Shown one piece after another: positions 1-17,570 of a stretch of 64,000 nucleotides of DNA (positions within the stretch are counted from its first letter, which is position 1; each line of letters opens with the position of its first letter). Source of the DNA: the human T2T-CHM13v2.0 reference genome, Homo sapiens; NCBI RefSeq assembly GCF_009914755.1, contig NC_060931.1, one strand, 5' to 3'. The notes under the pieces were generated by a model. It was not told the DNA's origin, did no database searches, and saw nothing but the letters and a program-made list of their open reading frames with translations. The position numbers and the translations under genes were made by a program.

Positions 1-603
1 GAACCTCCATAATAGGAGAGGCAAGCAATGACACTGCCCACTTTAGGGACAAGGCAAGGGGGACCCCTACTTAGGAGGTATGACTGGCAAAATGAGATGA
101 TTTACTGGACATGAGAGAAAAAAAGAAGACATCCTGATGATCAAGTTTCTCACTGGAGCAACAAGAAATGGTGGCAACAAGTGTAGGAAATACAGTATGT
201 GTAGCAGGTTGGCAGGGAAAGTTGTATTCTGGTTTTGGACATGTAAGGTTTGAAGTTTCCTGTGACACAGAGATGGAGCTGTCATGTAAACAATAGGATA
301 AGTCTTATGACTTGCCTGGGCCTCCAATGATGACCATGTGGTAACAAGCAGCAATTCTGCTCCTTTACATGGATTGTGATGACCAAGGCAACTTACATTC
401 AATGGGAAATTTTTCAATATATTATTATTATATGTTATTTATGTACCTTTGCCATTGACCTGTTTTATTTAATTCAGTGCTACTAACAACCTTAGAGGTA
501 GCCATTTCTTTCTTTTGATAGAGGAATGAACCAAGGCTCAGACAGGGTAAGAAACCAAAGTTCCACAGTTATTAAGTTTTGAGCTGGGGTTTAATCTGAT
601 ATG

Positions 604-962
604 CAGGTGCCTCTCGGTGTCTGCAGGGGAACTGGTTCCAGGACATCCTGAGGATACCAAAATCCACAGATGCTCAAGTCTCTGATATAAAACGGTGTAG
701 TGTTTGCATATAACCTACATATATCTTCCTATACACTTTAGTTGATCTCTAGTTATTTATAATACCTGCTACAATGTAAATGGTATGTAAATAGTTGTTA
801 TACTGTATTGTTTAGGGAGTAATGACAAGGGGGGAAAAATCTGTACATGTTCAATAAAGACACAGTTTTTTTTCCCCTCCAACTATTTCCCACCTGAAGT
901 TAGCTGAACACATGGATGGGAAATCCAAAGATGTAAAACCCATGGATATGGAGGGCTGACTG
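604..962 (+). mobile_element. MER2 (Tigger-family) DNA transposon
   Basis: GGTTCCAGGAC...GATACCAAAATCCACAGATGCTCAAGTC...GAGGGCTGACTGTA resembles MER2. Confidence 0.8.
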
Positions 963-1027
963 TACTTGAAGCCACTGCAGCCCAAGCTAATACTTGCAAA
1001 ATAAGTATGAATAAAAAAGGTACTTTG

Positions 1028-1330
<303 letters not shown>

Positions 1331-1389
1331 TGAATAAAATAGAAATAATTAAAAAGGTACTTTGTAAATTACTTTCTATATGAAACTTC

Positions 1390-1768
<379 letters not shown>

Positions 1769-2681
1769 TTAACCTACATTCTATGTAAGCACCTTCAAAC
1801 ACTCCCTGGAAAGGGGAACAGGAGCTGACCACGTCCAGCCAAGTAAAGAAAGCAAATCCTTAGGAGGATTCATCATAGCCAGTGCGTAACAAAGCCAGCT
1901 TACTCGGCGTGCAATTCCAGACTGCTGGAACCAAAGGGGCTGCAGAATGTCGGGCTGTTTGCAGGGCTGGCTCATCAATTTTACTCGCTGTGTGTTAAAC
2001 AGTCTTGTCAGTAGAGGGAGCAGAGGGAGGTTTCAGAGCTTTTCCCCCATAAGCCAGTATGGAAACCAGCTGTGTTACCCAGTTTTCACTTACTAGAGTC
2101 ACTTGGCATTCACTCCCAAAATAAGGCTTTGAATAAGTCAAGCCTTCTTAGGTAGACAAGAACACAAGAGCCAATCTATAATCTGTCATCACATTTAAAT
2201 CCATGCCAATTCCTTGAAAATTACAATCCTGGGCCAGTTACCAATAGTAGGGTCCTATAATCAGGAACAACTATCAAAAGACAATATGACACTTCTTTCT
2301 CAATAGAGTCAAAGAGGAGGCATAATTTTCTTGAATAGAAACAAAACAAAACTAAACTAAACTAAATATAATGACATTAGATGGAAGAAGATACGAATTT
2401 TAAACTAAACTACACATTCTAGAAAGGTGTAAGTTGCTAAAACTGGAAGGTTTTTGCAAATGATGCTGCTGACTAAATATATTAAAAATGAAAACTGGTC
2501 AGAAATAAGATTTGGTATGCAGAGAGCAAGAAATAGCCTAATGGCATAGAAAATTTATTTAAATCACATTACTTCTTCAGGAGTATAAAAGTAATAAAAC
2601 TGATCAGTACACACACACAGGGCTTGGCCACTTCCAGCCAATTCCTTCACAGCATTTGTTAAAGGCACGTCCCTGGAGTCA

Positions 2682-3200
<519 letters not shown>

Positions 3201-3691
3201 TTAAGAATTTGATGGGTCAAGAATTAGAACTTGTTACTCTCCTTAATACAGCCTCATTAAGTACTTATCTCCATCAATAAAATACATTTTGAATATGCTT
3301 ATGTACCACCTGGTAAACACCTCTTGGCTTTTGGGGTAAAACCTTCAGGTTTTCTAAATCTCATTTTTCATTCATTTAGTAATTGGCCTGCTCTTATAAG
3401 AAAAAGTTAGCTTTAAGGGAAAATAACTCTTTCTAAATAAAGTTGCACTTCCATTTCTACCCTCTATAATCTTCAGAAACAGACTTGTGGTGCATTACAG
3501 TTAGGTAAAAAGTTAATGACAAAATAAAGCACCATCATTAGCATGATAGAAACATGGAATTTCTCAAGTATTTTACATTTTTAAAAACTATTTTGAAATG
3601 TTAACATATTTCTGGCATACAGTTCACAAATGAAGTACGAGGCTATTTCCCATATTTCCCAATAGGGAGTTGGAGAGAATCATCCTTGTCA

Positions 3692-4039
<348 letters not shown>

Positions 4040-4780
4040 CTATGTTAAGGAAAGACCACAGGTCAGTATTCTTCTTTTTAAAGCACCACGATAGTATAAC
4101 GACTAGCAGCATGGCAAATAGCAATAAACTCTGCTTTCTCATGCCATATTCTATTAAAATCCCAAACCCAGACAGATCCACTTTGTGGTAAGGCTTACGA
4201 TAAAATCAAAGGGAAAGCAGTGCTGACTGATATCACGTACTAGGTCTACTACCAGGTCCTGCCCTCAGAGGGATATAGCTTAAATCCAGTAAGTCTTCAC
4301 CATTCAAACTCTAAGAGAACTGAAGTTCGAAATTCTCTTGGCCTTAAAGGAGAAGCTCCTCTTGCAAGTTTTATTTGCTGCTGTCTATATACAAAGTAAC
4401 AACATCCCAGCTCCTCAATGCCAAAAATGAAACAGGTGCCCGAGCAGGTGTATGTCACTGTGTGTTTGGGTCTCACATATGAAGCTCTTAGCAGCCAAGA
4501 CAACATGAACTGTAAGAGATAAGCCTATGCTGCAAAGGGAAAAAAGAAAAAGCTACAGCTTTTGTCTGCCTCCCGTCATGGTTACCTGACTTGCAAAGCA
4601 CTGGCAATGACAGCCTCCAACCTTTCAATCAATCAGTAAATTCAAGCAGCTCAAGCCAGGGAAGAACTATGGGAAACAACTTGAGCTTCTCAGCAGGCCA
4701 GGAAGCTTAATTATTAAAGCTCCCTCTTGTTCCAGAACTTACATTCCAAATCAAGAGCTGTCTCAGTAAAAATAGTGTTT

Positions 4781-5250
4781 TGTTGTTGTTGTTGTTGTTT
4801 TCTTTGAGACAGAGTCTCTGTTGCCCAGGCTGGAGTGCAGTGGCGTGATCTCAGCTGACTGCAACCTCCACTTCTTGAGTTCAAGTGATTCTCATGCCTC
4901 AGCCTCCCATGTAGCTAGGACTACAGGTGCACACCATCACACCCGGCTAATTTTTTTTTTTTTTTTTTTGAGATGGAGTCTCACTCTGTCGCCCAGGCTG
5001 GAGTGCAGTGGCGTGATCTCAGCTCACTGCAACCGTTACCTCCTGGGCTCAAGTGATTCTACTGCCTTAGCCTCCTGAGTAGCCGGGATTACAGACGTCC
5101 ACCAGCACACTCAGCTAGTTTTTGCATTTTTGGTAGAGACAGGATTTCACCATGTTGGCCAGGCTGGTCTTGAATTCCTGACTTCAAGTGATCTAGTGGC
5201 CTCAGCCTCCCAAAGTGCAGGGATTACAGGCGTGAGTCACCACACCCAGT
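4781..5250 (-). mobile_element. Compound Alu: an extra right arm plus a full Alu
   Basis: Two right arms separated by poly(T) at 4951-4969. Confidence 0.88.
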
Positions 5251-5535
5251 ATCTAATAAGGACATAGTGTTTTGACAGGACCACAAAATAGATCAGTCTC
5301 TTTCTTATTTAACATCCGCATGGAAAAAATTAGAACAACAGCTTCAGAAAAACAGGTAACTTAGCAGCCAATCAGAAATAATGTAAAGTGGTTTTGAAAT
5401 AAAAATACTTCAACTCCATCACCTCACATTTCACTAAACTTGGCCACCATAGTCCAGAAAATGCATAAAGAAGACAATTTTTGAAAGGCTCTAACTATCC
5501 CAACTCTGCACAGATCATTAAAACTTAACAAGACA

Positions 5536-5837
<302 letters not shown>

Positions 5838-5992
5838 TTAACAAGACATTAAGTCTTACCTATTTGAGGATACACAGCTTTTATAAATGTGTCTACCCTT
5901 TAAATACACAACTTTTTTATAATTTGAACAACTCAATAATAAACGGTCTCTTTTAACATGGTGCATATAAAGTAATATGCGTAAGTACTTAC

Positions 5993-6018
5993 AGGTTTCT
6001 GCTGTGGAGCCGTACTCA
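5993..6018 (-). CDS. SRPK2: SRPK2 26-nt microexon: (V)STAPQQKP
   Basis: TTTATTTTAG|TGAGTACGGCTCCACAGCAGAAACCT|GTAAGT; needed to join the phase-1 upstream exon to the phase-0 downstream exon. Confidence 0.93.
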
Positions 6019-7137
6019 CTAAAATAAAATCAAACAAAATCGGTATTTAGCAGAAAACAGACACATGCCTTCATGTAGGTCATTCGAATTGCAAAGTGAA
6101 ATAATTATTGTCTTTTAATGGCTATCCAACTTCAAAAACTATTAATCAGAGCTTCTTAATCACAAGGATCTAGAGTAAGTTTATGCCACTGAAACAAATG
6201 AGTGACTCCTGAAGTCACAGCAGAAGTTACTCATACTGAGCCATTTCTCTTATTTATCTAAAATGAAATACTAATACATCTCAAACACAGTCAAGCTCAA
6301 GCACCAACAGATCACTTAAGAAAATGGAAAAGAATACATATCACAGTCATTAAACCAAATTTGTTTAAAATATAATGAAATGAACAATGTAGATGTACAT
6401 CGATATTTGAAATCTATTTTGCAAGCTTTCTATAATTTAAATCAAATACTGCAGTTGGTATGCAGCAAATAGTCTAGGAATCACATGATTAAACCCCTAC
6501 ACCAGGGTCAAAAGCTTAACAGGCTGGGTCCATGATCTAAACAACACCCTGATGGCAGTAAAGGAGATGTGAAGAGAGCCCCAGGCAGTCCCAGGAGCCT
6601 CAGCCCTTTAGTATCCATGCTTGCCTGACAACACACAAAGGCACAGATCATGGTGTCGAAGAGTGAGAAGCACAGTCCACACTTCACTGCACCACCTCCC
6701 CGACCCCGCCCCAGAAATAAAGATATCCCAATACTCAGGTCACTTGATCTTCTTCCCCCACCATCAGGCCTTTTCTAACTAACTCCAAATCTGTTGATAC
6801 AACTCAGATTGACATAGCTATGCTAAATGGACAACAAGAATTTATGTACACAAAATTGAAGCCAGAAAAATATTCTGATGACTAAAGGTCAGCTACAGGA
6901 AAGCTGTTACTATGTTCTCCTCTGCAGAGAAGCTGGCAACAGAAAAAACTGTTCAAATATAGATGAAGCAGCAACTACAAATTTAAATGGCCTTTTAAAG
7001 GGGGACAAAAGTAAATACTTCCAATATTAAAATATAATGTAGCTGGGGCATTTTCCATTTCAAGGGTGCAGTTATTTCCAGCAATTAAACTTTTCCAAAA
7101 TCTTCCTTATGTGTAACGTTTGATTCAGATACCTTCA

Positions 7138-7383
<246 letters not shown>

Positions 7384-7610
7384 TCAAGAGAGAAGATAAG
7401 CTATTAATATCTCATTATATAACTTTTATTTATTTGAAAAACATGTAATACAATGCCAGGGTACAAAGTTTGATAAACACAAAAGGATATTTAGTAAAAA
7501 TCTCCCTCCCATGCCTACCCACATTGGAATCCAGCTCTCCTTTCCATAAGCAACCAGTGTGTATAATTTCAGAGATTATTTATGCTCATGGAAGCAAATG
7601 CATCTACATA

Positions 7611-7937
7611 CAGTTGAACCTTGAACAACACAGGTTTGAACTGCATGGGTTCCCTTATACACAGATTGTCTTCCACCTCTGCCACTCCTGAGACAGCAAG
7701 ACCAACCCCTCAGCCTACTCAACGCGAAGATAATGAGGATGAAGACCTTTATGATCATCTACTTCATATGATCTATCCACTTAATGAATAGTAAGTATAT
7801 TTTCTCTTCTTTATGATTGTCTTAACATTCTTTTCTCTAGCTTACTTTGTTGTAAAAATATGCTATATAACACACATACAAAATACATGTTAATTGGTCA
7901 TGTGATCATTAAGGATTCTGATCAACAGTAGGCTAGT
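7611..7937 (+). mobile_element. Tigger2a-like DNA transposon fragment
   Basis: TA-CAGTTGAACCTTGAACAACACAGGTTTGAACTGCATGGG terminal sequence. Confidence 0.75.
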
Positions 7938-7968
7938 AATTCATGTATCATACAATTGACCCCTTTAG

Positions 7969-8325
<357 letters not shown>

Positions 8326-8329
8326 AACT

Positions 8330-8970
8330 ACCACCACTATTTAAATGACAACATTTTCATTGCTCCAAAAAGAAACAACATATTCATCAGCATTCACTTC
8401 CCATCTCTCTCCTACCCCTTCTAACCCTTAGCAACCACTAATCTACTTGCTGATTCTGGACATTTCCTATAAATGGAATCATATAAAGTATTTTTTTGTA
8501 ACTGGCATAATGTTTTCAAGTTTGACTCTTGTGCAGCATGTATTAGTACTTCGCTTATTCTTATTGGCAAACAGTATTCCACTGTATGGAGATACAACAT
8601 TGTGTTTATCCCTTCACCTCATGAACATTTGGGTTATTTTCACTTTAGGGGCTATAAAAATAATACTGCTATTCACACTCGTGTATACATTTTTGTGTGA
8701 ACATACTTTTTTTGAGGGGAGGTATATACCTAGGAGTTACCGTACTTAGGTCATATGGTGCCTCTATATTTAGCTTTTTGATGAACTGCCAAAGTGTCTT
8801 CCACAGTGGCTGCACCATTTTACATTCCTATCACCAATGTATGAGGGTTCCAATTCTTCGCCCTGAACAACACTTACTATCGTTTTTTACTTTATCCACC
8901 CAAGTGGATATGAAGTATCTTGTTGTAGTTTTGATCTACATTTCCCTGATGGCTAATGATGTCCATACAT
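8330..8970 (-). mobile_element. Old L1M 3' fragment
   Basis: TTCCACAGTGGCTGCACCATTTTACATTCC..ATTTCCCTGATGGCTAATGAT. Confidence 0.7.
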
Positions 8971-9349
8971 TTTTAACACTGCAAGAGAAGGGGGGCTTGA
9001 TTTAAATAGAAAATAGCCTTGGTATCTAGACAACCCTACAGCATTATACTAAAAGAAAGTGATGAACCAAGATATTCATATTTCTCATATTAAAACAATC
9101 AAAAACTTACAGTGTCAGTGACCTAAATACAAGGTCAGTGTTTTTCTATAATTATTTCCACTGGAGAATAATTTTTTCAATTATTTCCATAAACAAAATT
9201 TATTTTTACAAAACAGATCATGTTCTCATATAAGCATTAGAAATTCCAAATGTTAAGCAAATATTACATCAATGACCATTCAAACAATGAATTGAATAGG
9301 CATTTTGTTCACAAGAGACAGGAAGTGTTATATGTTTCACATCATCCAA

Positions 9350-10375
9350 TGTAGGGAAAAGAGAGATCCGACTGTTACTGTGTCTATGTAGAAAGGAAAG
9401 ACATAAGAGACTCCATTTTGAAAAAGACCTGTACTTTAAACAACTGCTTTGCTGAGATGTTGTTAATTTGTAGCTTTGCCCCAGCCACTTTGCTCCAGCC
9501 ACTTTGACCCAACCTGGAGCTCACAAAAACATGTGTTATATGAAATCAAGGTTTAAGGGATCCAGGGCTCTGCAGGACATGCCTTGTTAACAAAATGTTT
9601 ACAAGCAGTATACTTGGTAAAAGTCATCGCCATTCTCTAGTCTCAATAAACCAGGGGCACAATGCACTGTGGAAAGCTGCAGGGACCTCTGCCCTTGAAA
9701 GCTGGGTATTGTCCAAGGTTTCTCCCCATGTGATAGTCTGAAATATGGCCTCGTGGGATGAGAAAGACCTGACCGTCCCCCAGCCCAACACCCATAAAGG
9801 GTCTGTGCTGAGATGGATTAGTAAAAGAGGAAAGCCTCTTGCAGTTGAGATAGAGGAAGGCCTCTGTCTCCTGCCTGCCCCTGGGAACTGAATGTCTCGG
9901 TATAAAACCCGATTATACATTTGTTCAATTCTCAGATGAGAGAAAAACCGCCCTATGGTGGGAGGTGAGACATGTTTGCAGTAATGCTGCCTTGTTATTC
10001 TTTACTCCACTAAGATGTTTGGGTGGAGAGAAACATAAATCTGGTGTACGTGCACGTCCAGTCATAGTACCTTCCCTTGAACTTAATTATGACATAGATT
10101 CTATTGCTCACGTGTTTGTTGCTGACCTTCTCCTTATTATCACCCTGCCCTCCTACTACATTCCTTTTTGCTGAAATAATGAAGATAATAATCAATAAAA
10201 ACTGAGGGAACTCAGAGACCGGTGCCGGTGCAGGTCCTTGGTATGCTGGGCGCCAGTCCCCTGGGCCCACTGTTGTTTCTCTATACTTTGTCTCTGTGTC
10301 TTATTTCTTTTCTCAGTCTCTCGTCCCACCCGACTAGAAATACCCACAGGTGTGGAGGGGCAGGCCACTCCTTCA
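9350..10375 (+). mobile_element. HERV-K (HML-2) solo LTR5, LTR5A-like, 1026 bp
   Basis: TGTAGGGAAAAGAGAGATC...CCTTCA termini; perfect 6-bp TSD ATCCAA (9344-9349, 10376-10381); TATAAAA 9901; AATAAA 10194. Confidence 0.92.
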
Positions 10376-10948
10376 ATCCAACACTGAAATATTCCCAGTT
10401 TAATCGACAGTGGAAGGCATCTGATCAACAGTAAGCTATTAGTAGTTAGCCTACTGTTAGTAGAAGTTAAAGTAGCATTATGAAGTGAGAGGGAACAAAG
10501 ATTTTACAAGGAAAATGAAAACAGGAATACCTCTTAAAAACGATCAAAATCCCTACAAACATTTAAAACAACTTTACCTTACAGAGTATTTTTACATAAA
10601 TTCACTGAATGTGCATCGCCTGAGCTCCTATCACATGCCATTATTCCAGGTGTTTGATATATAAAAGCTCCCAGGCTTCATGTTGCTTACAGTCCTCATA
10701 TCCTCACAGAGGTTACCAATTCAGGACAGGAAATGAGTATGACGGGTGGGGTAATTGGCCAAAAAAAAAACCAAGATGAATCATGGGCATGGCAAATATG
10801 ATTTAATAAGATACTGACAAGTTCCTAGTAAGTACCAGTGAAGTAGATAAAACTAGGATAAGATTTTAAGACATTTTTTGCCTTAGAATATTTACTGTTT
10901 TGGATAATACTGCAATTAGGATATGTTTAAATTACATTTAAAATGTCA

Positions 10949-11250
10949 AGGCCGGGCTCAGCCTTGCCTTGTAATCCCAGCCCTTCGGGAAGCCGAGGCA
11001 GGCAGATCACTTGAGGCCAGGAGTGCGAGACCAGCCTGGCCAACATGGCGAAACCCTGTCTCTACTAAAAACACAAAAAAACTGCACAGGCATAGTGGCA
11101 CAGGCAAGGTAGCACACGCCTGTAATCCCAGCTACTCAAGAGGCTGAGGCACAAGGCGGAGGTCACAGTGAGCTGAGATCATGGCACTGCACTCCAACCT
11201 AGGCGACAGAATAAAACTCTGTCTAAAAGGAAAAAAGAAAAAAAGCAAAT
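10949..11250 (+). mobile_element. Alu
   Basis: Dimer with internal indels; TSD TAAAATGTCAA. Confidence 0.85.
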
Positions 11251-12254
11251 AAAATGTCAAAGGACCAATAGTAAGAAAGATAACATGATGTAAAATATTT
11301 CCATGGAGAACATGGTTATACTTTTGAAGGAAACACAATCCAATGGGCTCATGTTATTCAACGACATTCATGCATCTTCCTGGTGCAAACTGAATAATAT
11401 GTGGAGTTCTATATCTGAACAACAAAAGAGATTCTGAAAAGTACAAGAAATTAATGGATAGGCACATTGATGATGTCCAGCCCATAGAGGTCAAAGGAAT
11501 ACGATTTTTGAAAAATCGTTTTCCAACTAAAATTGTATTTCGGTATCAAATACTATCTCAAGGTAAAAATGTCAGTATCTTTCTTTCCTAAAATATATTT
11601 GACCATTTTCTCATGCACGAGAGTTGTCCTATCTTTCCACCTTGGCTTCTTTCACAGTTCAAAGGTTGATTCACTGTGCGGGAGGCTGCACAGTTAAGAG
11701 TTAATGTGCCTCAGTGTGCAAATGTGTTCACATGAGGTCCCAATGACAATGATGCACCTCATGACAAGCAAGAAGTGATCTCAGTAAAAACTTAAAGTTC
11801 CAGATTTTTTTTAAAAAAAATTGGCTATTGCACTCAACTAGGCTAACTTTCCTAAAACAGCAATGGGCAATAAACACAAGAAAAATACTTTGCCACTGGG
11901 ACAAATAAAGTTAGTTAAGATAATTGAAACCATTAAAGGAAATGGCAACAGGGCAGCGTTAAAAACATGACCTTGGATTCAGACTGCTCTTAAATTACTG
12001 CTCAACCATTTACTCATTGTGTTACCCCTGGGCAAGCTGTTTAAGCTGTTTGAGCTTTCATTCTCATCTATGGGAGGGGGAAACACCTGTTACACACAAA
12101 TGTAGCAATAAGCTTTAGAAATAATCTACGGAAAACTCACAAAAACAAAGTCTAGCACACAAGAAACTTAAATGGTAAAACGTATCTAAGTCAGAAGACT
12201 TGTACTGATATTGACTTATTGAATTATGATTTTTCATCACTTTTTAAAAATTAA

Positions 12255-13759
<1,505 letters not shown>

Positions 13760-15391
13760 TTAATACTTGGTGCTAGCAGCAGGAGGCAGCAGAGATCCTT
13801 TGGCTGCCAGGGAAGCTGAGATCAACCTAAGCCCAGACGAGCCAGGGACGTGACTCTCAATCATCCCACTCAGGGAGCCATTTCACACACATGAGGAACA
13901 AGTGCCAGGTTTCTCTGGGTAAAGTCAGACTTTGAGTTCAGCAGCAGTGCGGAAAAGAAGGCTAAGTCTAGGGCTGGGAGCTAGAAGCCCCGAGTCCCAT
14001 TCCAAATTAACTAGCTACAGGTTCAGAGAAAGTTCCTTCTTTTCCTTGAACCTCAAATTCATCTTCAAAATAAGGGGCTTGGTTAAAATGGTCTCAAAGC
14101 TTTCTTTCTGTACATCAACATTTGTGTCAGATACCATCTATTACTGGTCTTCGCAACACAAATCTGCTCCTCTCCACCACAACTTGATTGAAATAGGTCC
14201 TGTAATCTTGTAGATAAGTCGGGGAACAGTCAAGCATAATGTGGAGACTCCTCTAAAGACTGTCTCCCTGGCCTTGCTCACAGCCCAGAGTGCAAAGCTT
14301 CCCCCAAAATTCTGAACTGTAAAAAGAAATAGAATGAGAGCAACTTTCCAAATTATGCTCTGCTACTGGTGATAAGCGGTGGACTTTCTTCCTCCCACAC
14401 CTGAACAAAGGACACAGAGCAGGGAGACTCTGTCTCCTCCTACTCTGTGGGTAACAGAACCTAATGAAGCACCCAGAGAAACCCACGTGGGCAGCCAGAT
14501 GGGCTGGCAGAGGAAGGAGGCGACCCCAAGCAGGAGTTCTTCATTGAGAATATTAATTACTTGTGGGCGTGCGGGACACCAGAGGGGTTCTCCGCAAGCC
14601 TAGAAGTTTCCTGCTGGAAACACTGAGGGTTCCACTAGATTTCCCTTCCACAGTGAAACACACAAGGCAGGTCCCACCAACTGCCTGTGAAAACCAAGAT
14701 GTTAAACTCAATGGAGGAGCTTGGAAATACCTGTTAACAATAAAAGAGGACAAGAGCCAGAGACACGCTCAAACCAAAAATCCAGGGGACGGCGTCCTTA
14801 CCCACATTGTCCTGAAATAGCCTCTGCTCCTTTTTCTTTCATCTCTAACTGGTGAGAATTAATGAGAAAAGCCAGCAGCTGTACTTCTGAATGTCATCAG
14901 GAAGAAAGTTAAAGCTGCTGTGCCCAGCACTGGGACTGCACAAAGCAATGGCTCAGGAAAGCAGCTTAGTCCCTTGAAACAGAGCCACCTCACCACATTT
15001 CCTGAGTCAAGGGCTCAACATCCTGAGGAGAATTCCAAGTCAATACAGCATCGTGTGCACTACCATGCTGAACAAACCCAGTAATATCAAAATGTTTACC
15101 AAATTGACATGAAAGCTTCTGGTCTGAACTTGAACAATACTGGTTCAGTCATAACAAAATTTACTGATAAACAGGGCCACTGAAAGAATTACAATGGTAA
15201 ATAAATACTAAGTGTAGAGAGACAAAATCAGCCAATGATACAGGTGAGAGGACCTGCGGGGCACCACCGTGGCTCTCGGCATACTAGAGGGTTGCACCCC
15301 AAAGGGAGAAGTCTGGAAAAACATTGGGTTTTAAAGGTCTCATCTGGTTACATATTATAATATCTACTTCATAAAATCTAATGGCTATACT

Positions 15392-15989
<598 letters not shown>

Positions 15990-16899
15990 CCCCTTATTCT
16001 TAATCTCCACAATCAAACTACAAATTATGCATTACTATTTCGAGTTTACAAATGAGGAAACAGACTCACAGAGGCTAAGTAACTGATCAGGAGTACAAGA
16101 TAGAAGTGCCAAAGCTATGATGTTAAATCAAGTCTGTCACCAAAGCACAATACACCTTACACTTTCTCTTATCCCAGTGGTTCTCAGTGAGAGGAAAACT
16201 GGCAAAGTTCAGAGATATTTCTAATTGCCACAATCAGGGATGGTGACAGCTGATACTGGCTCTGAGGGGTAGATGCCAGGGACGCTGCTAAACATCCTAT
16301 CTGGTCTGAAGTGCCAGCAGCCCTAGGGTTGAGATGGGGCCTACACGTAGTTATGGGACCAAATGTGAGCTGAAGGCATTTCAAGAAGGGAAGGCATCCT
16401 CTTAATTGGGTACTGTGAGAAGCCTTTGTCACAATGGTGGGATTTTCGTTGAGTCTTAAAAATGTGGGTAGACAAGGATGGCATTTCTGGCAGCCTAGAA
16501 CAAAAGAGATGATCAAAGATGTGGAGATAAAAAACGGAAAGGTGCCCTTAGGGGTCAAGATGATTACCAGTGAGTACTTTCTCTAAACTACCTACAAAAT
16601 AAAACCAGTAAACATTCATGAATGAAAATTCTGGTAAATCTGCACATTATAAATGTTTGGGACATCTTTGAACATTCATAAAAAACGTAAGCTGGTAGAT
16701 TCCAGAGGGAAATAGGGTACCTGAGGGACATCACTTTTTGTCTGCAAGGGGAAATACAGGCTGACACCAGATGATAGAAAATCTTAAACAGGTTCCCAGA
16801 AAGTGACTTAACTTCTACTGGACATAGGCCCAGTACAATTCCAAACTTATTACAGGCTCATAATAAGTTTATTATATAAAACCCATTATATAACGGCCA

Positions 16900-17160
16900 A
16901 AATGGTAAACCCATGAGCTCTGAAGCCAGACTATCTGGGTTTGAATTCCTGCTTCACCACTTAGCACTTTTTAAGCGACTTCCTAACTAGGGGCAAGTTA
17001 CTTAACCTCTCTGGGCTTCTGTTTCCTCTTGATGAAATCAGGAAAGTAATAATACCCATTTCACAGGGTTATTGTGAGGAACTCAACTATGCAAAGTACT
17101 CAAATTATACCTGGCACATAGTAAGCACTGAATTAACTATTTGCTACTATTAGCATTACT
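16900..17160. mobile_element. MIR SINE
   Basis: GGGCAAGTTACTTAACCTCTCTGGGCTTCTGTTTCCTC core; CCTGGCACATAGTAAGCAC. Confidence 0.7.
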
Positions 17161-17203
17161 ATCTCTCATTACATCTTTACAATAAACTAATGAGGAAGGT
17201 ATC

Positions 17204-17570
<367 letters not shown>

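Noticed and set aside
14200-15300. GC-richer non-repeat intronic stretch as promoter or CpG island
   Set aside because: Too few CpGs and no convincing promoter or exon signals from sequence alone
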